From Malacoraja senta (Eukaryota), in assembly GCA_038087875.1 (NCBI GenBank), contig JAXLNO010000096.1, forward strand, positions 62,001 to 126,000: a DNA stretch of 64,000 nt, given 5' to 3'. Positions 11,128-21,830 of the stretch are shown piece by piece (the first letter of the stretch is position 1; the number at the start of each line of letters is the position of its first letter). Position numbers and translations under genes: made by a program. The notes below the pieces were generated by a model. The model was not told the origin of the DNA. It made no database searches and was given only the letters and a program-made list of their open reading frames with translations.

Positions 11128-12935
11128 GGGTTCTGAACTTAAAGAAGGGTAACTTTGAGGGTATGAGACGTGAATTGGCCAAGATAGACTGGCAAGTGAT
11201 TCTTAAAGGGTTGAAGGTGGATATGCAATGGAAGGCATTTAAAGACTGCATGGATGAACTACAACAATTGTTCATCCCGGTTTGGCAAAAGAATAATCAG
11301 GGAAGGTAGTGCATCCGTGGATAACAAGGGAAATCAGGGATATTATCAAGACAAAAGATGAAGCATACAAATTAGCCAGAAAAAGCAGCCTACCAGAGGA
11401 CTGGGAGAAATTCAGAGTCTAGCAGAGGAGGACAAAGGAGGAACTGAGTGAAATCCCGGTTAGCCGGGAAGTGGTGTTAGGTAAATTGAATGGATTAAAG
11501 GCCGATAAATCCCCAGGGCCAGACAGGCTGCATCCCAGAGTACTTAAGGAAGTAGCCCCAGAAATAGTGGAAGCATAAGTGATAATTTTTCAGAACTCTT
11601 TAGATTCTGGAGTAGTTCCTGAGGATTGGAGGGTAGCTAGTGAAGCCATACATTTTAAGAAGGGAGGGAGAGAGAAAACGGGGAATTACAGACCAGTTAG
11701 TCTAACATCGGTAGTGGGGAAACTGCTAGAGTCAGTTATTAAAGATGGGATAGCAGCACATTTGGAAAGTGGTGAAATCATTGGACAAAGTCAGCATGGA
11801 TTTATGAAAGGTAAATCATGTCTGACGAATCTTATAGAATTTTTCGAGGATGTAACTAATAGAGTGGATAAGGGAGAACTAGTGGGTGTGTTATATCTCG
11901 ACTTTCAGAAGGCTTTCGACAAGGTCCCACATAAGAGATTAGTATGCAAACTTAAAGCACATGGTATTGGGGGTTCAGTATTGATGTGGATAGAGAACTG
12001 GCTGGCTGACAGACAGCAAAGAGTAGGAGTAAACGGGTCCTTTTCAGATTGGCAGGCAGTGACTAGTGGGGTACCGCAAGGCTCAGTGCTGGGACCCCAG
12101 CTATTTGCAATATATATTAATGATCTGGATGAGGGAATTGAACGCAACATCTCCAAGTTTGCGGATGAAATGAAGCTGGGGGGCAGTGTTAGATGTGAGG
12201 AGGATGCTAGGAAGCTGCAAGGTGACTTGGATAGGTTGGGTGAGTGGGCAAATGCATGGAAGATGCAGTATAATGTGGATAAATGTGAGGTTATCCACTT
12301 TGATGACAAAAACAGGAAAGTAGACTATTATCTGAATGGTGGCCGATTAGGAAAATGGGAGATGCAGCGAGACCTGGGTGCCATGGTACACCAGTCATTG
12401 AAAGTAGACATGCATGTGCAGCAGGCAGTGAAGAAAGCGAATGGTATGTTAGCATTCATAGCAAAAGGATTTGAGTATAGGAGCAGGGAGGTTCTACTGC
12501 AGTTGTACAGGGTCTTGGTGAGACCACACCTGGAGTATTGCGTTCAGTTTACGATCTCCTAATCTGAGGAAAGACATTCTTGCCATAGAGGGAGTACAGA
12601 GAAGGTTCACCAGACTGATTCCTGGGATGGCAGGACTTTCATATGAAGAAAGACTGGATAGACTTGGCTTATACTCGCTAGAATTTAGAAGATTGAGGGG
12701 TATCTTATAGAAACTTACAAAATTCTTAAGGGGTTGGACAGGCTAGATGCAGGAAGATTGTACCGGATGTTGGGGATGTCCAGAACAAGGGGTCACACAC
12801 AGTTTAAGGATAAGGTGGAAGTCTCTGCCACAGAAGGTGGTTGAGGCCAGTTCATTGGCTATATTTAAGAGGGAGTTAAATGTGGCCCTTGTGGCTAAAG
12901 GGAACAGGGGGCATGGAGAGAAGGCGGGTACAGGC
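11128..12935 (+). mobile_element. Degenerate CR1 LINE with internal deletions
   Basis: ORF 11579..12562 carries RT motifs. It jumps at about 11440 from the linker into the pre-RT region, and there are stops and frameshifts. Confidence 0.92.
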
Positions 12936-12971
12936 ATCTCTAAACTAAACCAAAGAAGGGTCTTGACCCAA

Positions 12972-12994
12972 AATCAATCAATCAATTACTCAAT

Positions 12995-13083
<89 letters not shown>

Positions 13084-13086
13084 TCT

Positions 13087-13130
<44 letters not shown>
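12972..13130. repeat. Compound microsatellite (TCAA)n-(TC)n
   Basis: Seen directly in the sequence. Confidence 0.97.
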
Positions 13131-13134
<4 letters not shown>

Positions 13135-13505
13135 CTGGGACTAGTGCAGATGGGGCATGTTGGTCGGGGTGGGACGAGTGCAGATGGGGCATGTTGGTCG
13201 GGGTGGGACGAGTGCAGATGGGGCATGTTGGTCGGGGTGGGACGAGTGCAGATCGGGCATGTTGGTCGGGGTGGGACTAGTGCAGATGGGGCATGTTGGT
13301 CGTGGTGGGATTAGTGCAGAAGGGGCATATTGTTCGGGGTGGGACTAGTGCAGATGGGGCATGTTGGTCGGGGTGGGACTAGTGCAGATGGGGCATGTTG
13401 GTCGGGGTGGGACTAGTGCAGATGGGGCATGTTGGTCGGGGTGGGACTAGTGTAGATGGGGCATGTTGGTCGGGGTGCGACTAGTATAGATGGGGCATGT
13501 TGGCT
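13135..13505. repeat. ~34-bp minisatellite amplified from a CR1 3' UTR segment
   Basis: Unit GGGACTAGTGCAGATGGGGCATGTTGGTCGGGGT, about 11 copies, running into a CR1-type tail GGGCCGAAGG..CCTGTTTCCATGCTG. Confidence 0.85.
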
Positions 13506-13999
13506 GGTGTGAGTAAGCTGGGCCGAAGGAAGGGCCTGTTTCCATGCTGTGACTCTATGAACTTCCAAGAGTAACATTCTCCTTTCACTGGGTCATTCAT
13601 TGTTAATAAAGAAAGTTTACTTTTCATGTTTAAATGTCCACAGTAAAGTCTAGTCAGAAGTGAGCCCACCTGCTTCAGCCACGATGAATTAACAAATCAT
13701 CACTATTCACTTCTCAGACGTTAGAATTGGTCAGAACATTCCCTCCACCGTGACCTTTGACACCAATGTCCCTTGGGGTCATGACCTTGCCACCCACAAC
13801 TTGTGGCCGGGTCTCAGGCCAGTGGGATCCAGACGTCCGTCCACTGGTCAGAGCAGTATTTCAGCCACATGAGCAGCAAAGATAAGATAGAATATGGGAA
13901 AGACATTGAGAACCTTCTGTCCTGAAGGGCCGAATGGCCTACTCCTGCACCTATGGTGAGGATAACAATCCATCCCTCAACATCAGCAAGACAAAAGAG

Positions 14000-14480
14000 A
14001 TAGCGTTTACAAGAACGATGCCAGGAATGAGTGGGTTAACGTACGATGAGCGTTTGTCGGCGCTGGGCCTGTACTGGCTGGAGTTTAGAAGATTGGGTGG
14101 GGGGGACCTCATTGAAACGTCAACGAACAGTGAACGGCCCGGATAGAGTGGACATGGAGAGGATGTTTCCATTAATGAGAGAGTCTAGGACCAGAGGGTA
14201 CAGCCTCAGAATTAAAGGACATTCCTTTAGGAAGGAGATGAGGAAGAATTTCTTTAGCCAGAGGGTGGTGAATCTGTGGGATTCGTTGCCACAGACGGCT
14301 GTGGAGGCTACAAGTCAGTGGACATATTTAAGGCAGAGACAGATAGATTGTTGATTAGTGCGGGAGTCATGGGTTATGGGGAGAAGGCAGGAGAATGGGG
14401 TTAGGAGAGATAGACCAGCCATGATTGAATGGTGGGGTAGTCTCGATGGGCCGAATGGCCTAATTCTGAATCTGTGTGTT
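14000..14480 (+). mobile_element. Older CR1 3' fragment
   Basis: Peptide pieces FTRTMPGMSGLTYDERL and RTRGYSLRIKG..FFSQRVVNLW. Confidence 0.8.
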
Positions 14481-14604
14481 ATGGTCGTCCCTGACCTAAC
14501 GAAATGCAAGCAGACACTTTATGCAAACAGCAACAAGTCGGAGGGTAATTATTGTCCCACAGACAACTACTGCCCCAGGTGGATATCATGATGTGTGCAA
14601 CAAA

Positions 14605-14700
14605 CATTGATTGGCCACTGGTGGGTGAAGGGTTAATGTGATAATTGGCTTGATTGGAGCTGATTAGAAAATTTTCATCTGCTGTGTATAAAAGGGGGAG
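14605..14700 (+). promoter_or_regulatory. Pol II promoter-like site (three inverted CCAAT boxes plus a TATA box)
   Basis: ATTGG at about 14610, 14644 and 14653; GGTTAATGTGATAA (HNF1/GATA-like); TATAAAAG at 14686. Confidence 0.45.
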
Positions 14701-14717
14701 TTGTGGGAGTGTCTGAG

Positions 14718-15348
14718 TGCAGTGGTCCTGGGCTGTGGATGGGAGCAGTGGTCCTGGGCTGTCGTGAGGAGCAGTGGTCCTGGGCTGTGGATGGAAGCGG
14801 TTGTCCTGGGCTGTGGATGGGAGCAGTGGTCCTGGGTTGTGGATGGGAGCGGTGGTCCTGGGCTGTCGTGAGGAGCAGTGGTCCTAGGCTGTGGATGGGA
14901 GCAGTGGTCCTGGGCTGTGGATGCGAGCAGTGGTCCTGGGCTGTGGATGGGAGCAGTGGTCCTGGGCTGTGGATGGGAGCAGTGGTCCTGGGCTGTGGAT
15001 GGGAGCAGTGGTCCTGGGCTGTGGATGGGAGCAGTGGTCTTGGGCTGTGGATGGGAACAGTGGTCCTGGGCTGTGGATGGGAGCAGTGGTCCTGGGCTGT
15101 GGATGGGAGCAGTTGTCCTGGGCTGTGGATGGGAGCAGTGGTCCTGGGCTGTGGATGGGAGCAGTGGTCCTGGGCTGTGGATGGGAGCAGTGGTCCTGGG
15201 CTGTGGATGGGAGCAGTGGTCCTGGGCTGTGGATGGGAGCAGTGGTCCTGGGCTGTGGATGGAAGCAGTGGTCCTGGGCTGTGGATGGGAGCAGTGGTCA
15301 TGGGCTGTGGATGGGAGCAGTGGTCCTGGGCTGTGGATGGGAGCAGTG
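14718..15348. repeat. 26-bp G-rich minisatellite, about 24 copies
   Basis: Unit GGTCCTGGGCTGTGGATGGGAGCAGT. It produces the repetitive ORFs at 14675-15461. Confidence 0.96.
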
Positions 15349-16169
15349 CTCAGGGTAGAGACAGGGAGTCTCCCCTTGTGTCTGATGTTGATCTACATCT
15401 CCAGGGCATGAGGTCGGTGAGAACACTATCGTTCTCTACTTACATGTGTTTGCTTCTTTGATTAATTCTGCTGAATTTTCCTTTCAATTGTTGTCATTTG
15501 AAGTGTCCAGGGTTTTTAATGATTATTTTTTTGTGGTAATTGTGCTGATTCTTTGCTGTATCTCTAAACTAAAAGGATGTTTCTACTAGTGGGAGAGTCT
15601 CGGACCAGAGGGCACAGTGTCAGAATAAAAGGATGTATCTTTGGAATCTTATTTGAGGAATTCCCTGCCACAGAGGACAGTGGAGGCCAAATCACTGGAT
15701 GGATTTAAGAGAGAGTTAGATAGAGCTCTAGGGGCTGGTGGAGTCAAGGGATATGGGGAGTAGGCAGGCACGGGTTATAGATTGGTGATGATCAGCCAGG
15801 ATCGCAATGGATGGTGGTGCTGGCTCGAAGGGCCGAATGCCTCCTCCTGCGCCTATTTTCTATGTTTACTAAAGTGATGATACCCTAACCTTATCACAAC
15901 TGGAATTGAATCTGGCTGATGTAAAATGTAGAAACCAAGACCTGTAGATGCTGGTTTATACCAAAGATAAACACATTGCTGGAGTGACTGAGTGGGTCAG
16001 GCAGCATCTCTGGAGAAACAAGTGATTTGTGGATGGAACAGAAGAAGAGTTCTTACCCAAAATATGACCCATCCTTTTCCTCCAGAGATGATGCCTGACC
16101 TGCTGAGTTTCTCCAGCACTCTTATCATCGTCTCCTCTTTATCCCGCAGCTCTGCTCTTACTGGAGTAG

Positions 16170-17662
16170 TTTAGATTCTGGAGTAGTTCCTGAGGATTGG
16201 CGGGTAGCAAAAGTAACCCCACTTTTTAAGAAGGGAGGGAGAGAGAAAACGGGGAATTACAGACCAGTTAGTCTAACATCGGTAGTGGGGAAACTGCTAG
16301 AGTCAGTTATTAAAGATGGGATAGCAGCACATTTGGAAAGTGGTGAAATTATTGGACAAAGTCAGCATGGATTTACGAAAGGTAAATCATGTCTGACGAA
16401 TCTTATAGAATTTTTCGAGGATGTAACTAGTAGCGTGGATAGGGGAGAACCAGTGGATGTGGTGTATCTGGACTTCCAGAAGGCTTTCGACAAGGTCCCA
16501 CATAACAGATTAGTATACAAACTTAAAGCACATGGCATTGGGGGTTCAGTATTGATGTGGATAGAGAACTGGCTGGCAAACAGGAAGCAAAGAGTAGGAG
16601 TAAACGGGTCCTTTTCACAATGGCAGGCAGTGACTAGTGGGGTACCGCAAGGCTCAGTGCTGGGACCCCAGCTATTTACAATATATATTAATGACCTGGA
16701 TGAGGGAATTCAAGGCAATATCTCCAAGTTTGCGGATGACACTAAGCTGGGGGGCAGTGTTAGCTGTGAGGAGGATGCCAGGAGGCTGCAAGGTGACTTA
16801 GATAGGCTGGGTGAGTGGGCAAATGTTTGGCAGATGCAGTATAATGTGGATAAATGTGAGGTTATCCATTTTGGTGGCAAAAACAGGAAAGCAGACTATT
16901 TTCTAAATGGTGGCCGACTAGGAAAAGGGGAGATGCAGCGAGACATGGGTGTCATGGTAAACCAGTCATTGAAAGTAGGCATGCAGGTGCAGCAGGCAGT
17001 GAAGAAAGCGAATGGTATGTTAGCTTTCATAGCAAAAGGATTTGAGTATAGGAGCAGGGAGGTTCTACTGCAGTTGTTCTGGGTCTTGGTGAGACCACAC
17101 CTGGAGTATTGCGTACAGTTTTGGTCTCCAAATCTGAGGAAGGACATTATTGCCATAGAGGGAGTGCAGAGAAGGTTCACCAGACTGATTCCTGGGATGT
17201 CAGGACTGTCTTATGAAGAAAGACTGGATAGACTTGGTTTATACTCTCTAGAATTTAGGAGATTGAGAGGGGATCTTATAGAAACTTACAAAATTCTTAA
17301 GGGGTTGGACAGGCTAGATGCAGGAAGATTGCTCCCGATGTTGGGGAAGTCCAGGACAAGGGGTCACAGCTTAAGGGTAAGGGGGAAATCCTTTAAAACC
17401 GAGATGAGAAGAACTTTTTTCACACAGAGAGTGGTGAATCTCTGGAACTCTCTGCCACAGAGGGTAGTCGAGGCCAGTTCATTGGCTATATTTAAGAGGG
17501 AGCTAGATGTGGCGCTTATGGCTAAAGGGATCAGAGGGTATGGAGAGAAGGCAGGTACGGGATACTGAGTTGGATGATCAGCCATGATCATATTGATTGG
17601 CGGTGCAGGCTCGAAGGGCCGAATGGCCTACTCCTGCACCTAATTTCTATGTTTCTATGTTT
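16170..17662 (+). mobile_element. Young 5'-truncated CR1; ORF2 open from the RT domain to its natural stop
   Basis: ORF 16285..17568 (427 aa) has intact KFADD and ends GIRGYGEKAGTGY*, followed by a (CTATGTTT)n tail. Confidence 0.95.
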
Positions 17663-17714
17663 ACTCCCCATCCCCCTACTCGTAACAAGGACAGAGTCCC
17701 CCATGTCCCCCATT

Positions 17715-18385
17715 GCAGGTACAGCAGGCAGTGAAGAAAGCGAATGGCATGTTACCTTTATAACAAGAGGAATCAAATATAGGAGCAACGAGGTCCTTCT
17801 GCAGTTGTACAGGGCCCTAGTGAGACCACACCTGGAGTATTGTGTACAGTTTTGTCCCCTAATTTGAGGAAGGACATTCTTGCTATTGAGGGAGCCCAGC
17901 GTAGGTTCACCAGGTTAATTCCTGGGATGGCGGGACTGTCATATGCTGAGAGAATGGAGCGGCTGGGCTTGTATACTCTGGAGTTTAGAAGAATGAGAGG
18001 GGATCTCATTGAAACATATACGTTTGTTAAGGAGTTGGACACACTAGAGGCAGGAAACGTATTCCCAATGTCGGGGGAGCCCAGATCCAGGGGCCAGACA
18101 CAGTTTAAGAATAAGGAGTAAGCCATTTAGAACGGAGACGAGGAAACACTTTTTCTCACAGAGAATTGTGAGTCTGTGGAATTCTCTGCCTCAGAGGGCG
18201 GTGGAGGCAGGTTCAAGAAGGAGCTGGATAGGGCTCTTAAAAATAGCGGAGTCAGGGGATATGGGGAGAAGGTAGGAACGGGGTACTGATTGGGGATGAT
18301 CAGCCAAGATCACGTTGAATGGCGGTGCTGGCTCGAAGGGCCAAATGGCATCTACTCCTGCACCTATTGTCTACTGTCTATTGTC
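17715..18385 (+). mobile_element. CR1 3' fragment from a different subfamily
   Basis: Peptide LLQLYRALVRPHLEYCVQF and a (CTATTGT)n tail. Confidence 0.85.
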
Positions 18386-18724
18386 CTCACCTTCCACCCT
18401 ACCAGCCGTCACATACAACAGATAATCCTCTGAGATTTTTCCCACCTCCAACGGGATCCCACCACCTGCCTCATCTTCCCATTCTCCAATTTCAGATAGT
18501 CCTTATTTTCTCCCTCCTTCCCCTTCCCTTCCCAGCTCTCCCACAGCCTACTGTCTCTGCCTCTTCCTTTCTTTTTCCCAAACCCCACCAACTTCAGTCT
18601 GAAGAAGGGTCTCGACCTGAAACGTCACCTATTCCTTCTCTCCATAAATGCTGCCTCACCCGCTGAGTTACTCCAGCATTTTTGTCAACCTTCGATTTTC
18701 CCAGCATCTGCAACCTTTTCTTAA

Positions 18725-21700
18725 TCCACACGGTGGGAGTGTTGACCACAAATTGGACGGGCCTGCAGTGCGGCGGATCACCACACGGTAGGGGTGTTGA
18801 CCACACATTGGACGGGCCTGCAGTGCGGCGGATCACCACACGGCGGGAGTGTTGACCATAAATTGGAGCGACCTGTTAGTGAATTAACTGCACATTGGGA
18901 GCGCTGTCTACACATTAGATATTGTGCTCTTTACTGCAAAATGGTTCTTTATTGCTCTGTGACCCTTTACCTTACCCTGTAATGCACCCATTGCACAGAT
19001 GCCAAATTTAGTAGAAACCCTGAATCCAGGGAAATTTGGGATGAAATCAAGGAACTGCAGGTGCTGGTTTACACAAAAGGCACCAAGTGCTGGAGTACCT
19101 CAACAGGTCAGGCAGCATCTATGGGGAACATGGATAGGTGACCTTTCACAGCGTTCTGGAGTAACTCAGCAGGTCAGGCAGCATCTGTGGAGAACAAGGA
19201 TATGTGACGTTTCACAGAGTGCTGGAGTAACTCAGCGGGTCAGGCAGCATCTGTGGAGAACATGGATAGGTGTCGTTTCACAGATTGCTGCAGTAACTCA
19301 GCGGGTCAGGCAGCATCTGTGCAGAACATGGATAGGTGACGTTTCACAGAGTGCTGGAGTAACTCAGCGTGTCAGGCAGCATCTGTGGAGAACATGGATA
19401 GGTGACGTTTCACAGAGTGGTGGAGTAACTCAGCTGGTCAGGCAGCATATGTGGGGAACATGGATAGGTGATGTTTCGCAGAGTGCTGGAGTAACTCAGG
19501 GGGTCACGTTTGATGCCCATAGTAAGAGTTACAGCATTGGGCAGCTCATTCAGGGAGTTCACTGTTTGTGTGAAGTTTTGTCTTTGATATAGCTGGCATG
19601 TTGCTGTGCCAGTTTGATTATGAAAATAGTCAATGTATTTTTCTACCCTGTAGGATTCACTACAGCAGACACACTGTAATTTCACTGTACCTTAATTGGT
19701 ACATGTGATGATAAACTGACCTTGAAACATTGGGCCTAGAGTTATTTTTCCAGGCCCTGTCCACCCAGTGTTTGATATTTTGAGGTGAATGTAGAATTTT
19801 CTCACCTGCTGCTGTTTCTCCCTCTACAGTTATTCTACTTGTTTCTGGTTGATGTGCCAAGGTCTTTGGAGATCTTCTAATGTCCCCAGTTTTCTATGGT
19901 TTGTGATAGATGGGCTTTGTCAACTTGCTGTTCCAAGTACTGCTTGTCAAAGAGGGTGTGATCAAGGATGTCAGGAGATTTCAATCATTAAAGTGATTTT
20001 ATTTTGCTATAACCAAGTCTATCTAATCTAGTCTTTGTGGAGATGATATGAAGATAAGAACCTTGTTTAGACCGTCTTGTGGTTTCAATGGGGATAAATC
20101 TTTGAGAAAGATTAACAATGTTATTTCCTAATTGCTTTGTGGTCACGTTCCTTGTATTTCAGGGTGCTGGAATGTTGAGCAGAAGTGCTGGAGGAACTCT
20201 GAGGGTCAGGCAGCATCTTTGGGGGAAATAGACAGATGGCATTTTGGGTTGGAAACCTACAGACTGGAGTAGGGGGGAAAGATGGAAAGTGGGGGTGGGA
20301 CAAAGCCTGGCATGTGGGGGTGGGTGGTTGGCAGATGGATGGAATAAGTGACAAAGGCCAGAGGTGAAAGTGATAAAACATGTTGGATAAGAAGGGTAGA
20401 GGTGTGGAAGATGAAGCCAGAGGGAGGTTTATGGGTGAATGGGACATGGGAGGGATAGTTCAAGTTCAAGTGAGTTTATTGTCCTGTGTCAAGCAAAGCA
20501 AGAATGTCATTGTCCTATCAGGGACACATGACAATAAACTCACTTGAACTTGAACTATCCCCTCACATGTCCCATTCACCCATAAACCTCCCTCTGGCTT
20601 CATCTTCCACACCTCTCCCCTTCTTATCCAACATGTTTTATCACTTTCACCTCTGGCCTTTGTTACTTATTCCATCCATCTGCCAATCACCCACCCCCAC
20701 ATGCCAGGCTTTGTCCCACCCCCACTTTCCATCTTTCTCCCCCTGGCATTTTCCAACCCAAAATGCCATCTGTCTATTTCCCCACAGATGCTGCCTGACC
20801 TTCAAAGTTCCTCCAGCACTTCTGCTCAACATTCCAGCACCCTGAAATACAAGGAACGTGACCACAAAGCAATTAGGAAAGGACATTGTTAATCTTTCTC
20901 AAAGATTTATCCCCATTGAAACCACGAGAGGGTCTAAACAAGGGTCTTATCTTGATATCATCTCCACAAAGACTAGATTAGATGGACTTGGTTATAGCAA
21001 AATAAAATCACTTTAATGATTGAAATCTCCATACATCCAGCAAGTTGACAAAGCCCATCTATCACACAAACAGTGAACTCCCTGAATGAGCTTCCCAATG
21101 CTGTAACTCTTACTATGGGCATCAAACGTGACCCCCTGAGTTACTCCAGCACTCTGTGAAACGTCACCTATCCATGTTCTCCAGAGATGTTGCCTGACCC
21201 ACTGAGTTACTCCAGCACTCTGTGAAACGTCACATATCTATGTTCTCCACTGATGCTGCCTGACTCGCTGAGTTACTCCAGCAATTTATGACTTTTTTTG
21301 TAAACCAGCATCTGCAGTTCCTTGATTTTCATCCCAAATCTTCCCTGGTTTCAGGGCTTTTATAAACTTTGGCATCTGTACAATGGGTGCATTACAGGGA
21401 AAGGAAACAGGCCACAGACCAATAAAGAAACATTTTGCAGTAAAGAGCACAATGATATCTAATTTATAGACAGCATTCCCAATGTGCAGTAAATTCATAT
21501 ATCCGTCTGAAGAAGGGTTTCTGCCCAAAACGTTGCCTATTTCCTTCGCTCCATAGATGCTGCTGCACCCGCTGAGTTTCTCCAGCACTTTTGTTTACCT
21601 TCGATTTTCCAGCATCTGCAGTTCTTTCTCAAACAAAAAATTCATATAACAGGTCACTCCAATTTGTGATCAACTCTCCCCACCGTGTGGTGAACCGCTG

Positions 21701-21830
21701 CACTGCAGGCCCGTCGAATTCGTGGTCAACACTCCCACCGTGTGGTAATCCGCTGCACTGCAGGCCCGTCGAATTCGCGGTCAACACTCCCACCGTGTGG
21801 TGATCCGCTGCACTGCAGGCCCATCTGATA
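18725..21830. repeat. Nested fold-back palindrome, arms about 18725-20490 and 20523-21830, with a 32-nt loop
   Basis: GGGATAGTTCAAGTTCAAGTGAGTTTATTGTCCTGTGTC (ending 20490) pairs with GACACATGACAATAAACTCACTTGAACTTGAACTATCCC (starting 20523). ORFs 20121..20447- and 20486..20845+ mirror each other. 19500-19573 mirrors 21062-21135. Confidence 0.92.
19085..19500. repeat. ~65-bp tandem array of a SINE-derived segment, about 6-7 copies (2-3 in the mirror at 21135-21285)
   Basis: Unit AGTGCTGGAGTAACTCAGCGGGTCAGGCAGCATCTGTGGAGAACATGGATAGGTGACGTTTCACAG. Confidence 0.88.

Noticed and set aside
14675..15461. Long repetitive ORFs (208-252 aa) on both strands
   Set aside because: They are a by-product of a stop-free 26-bp minisatellite open in several frames.
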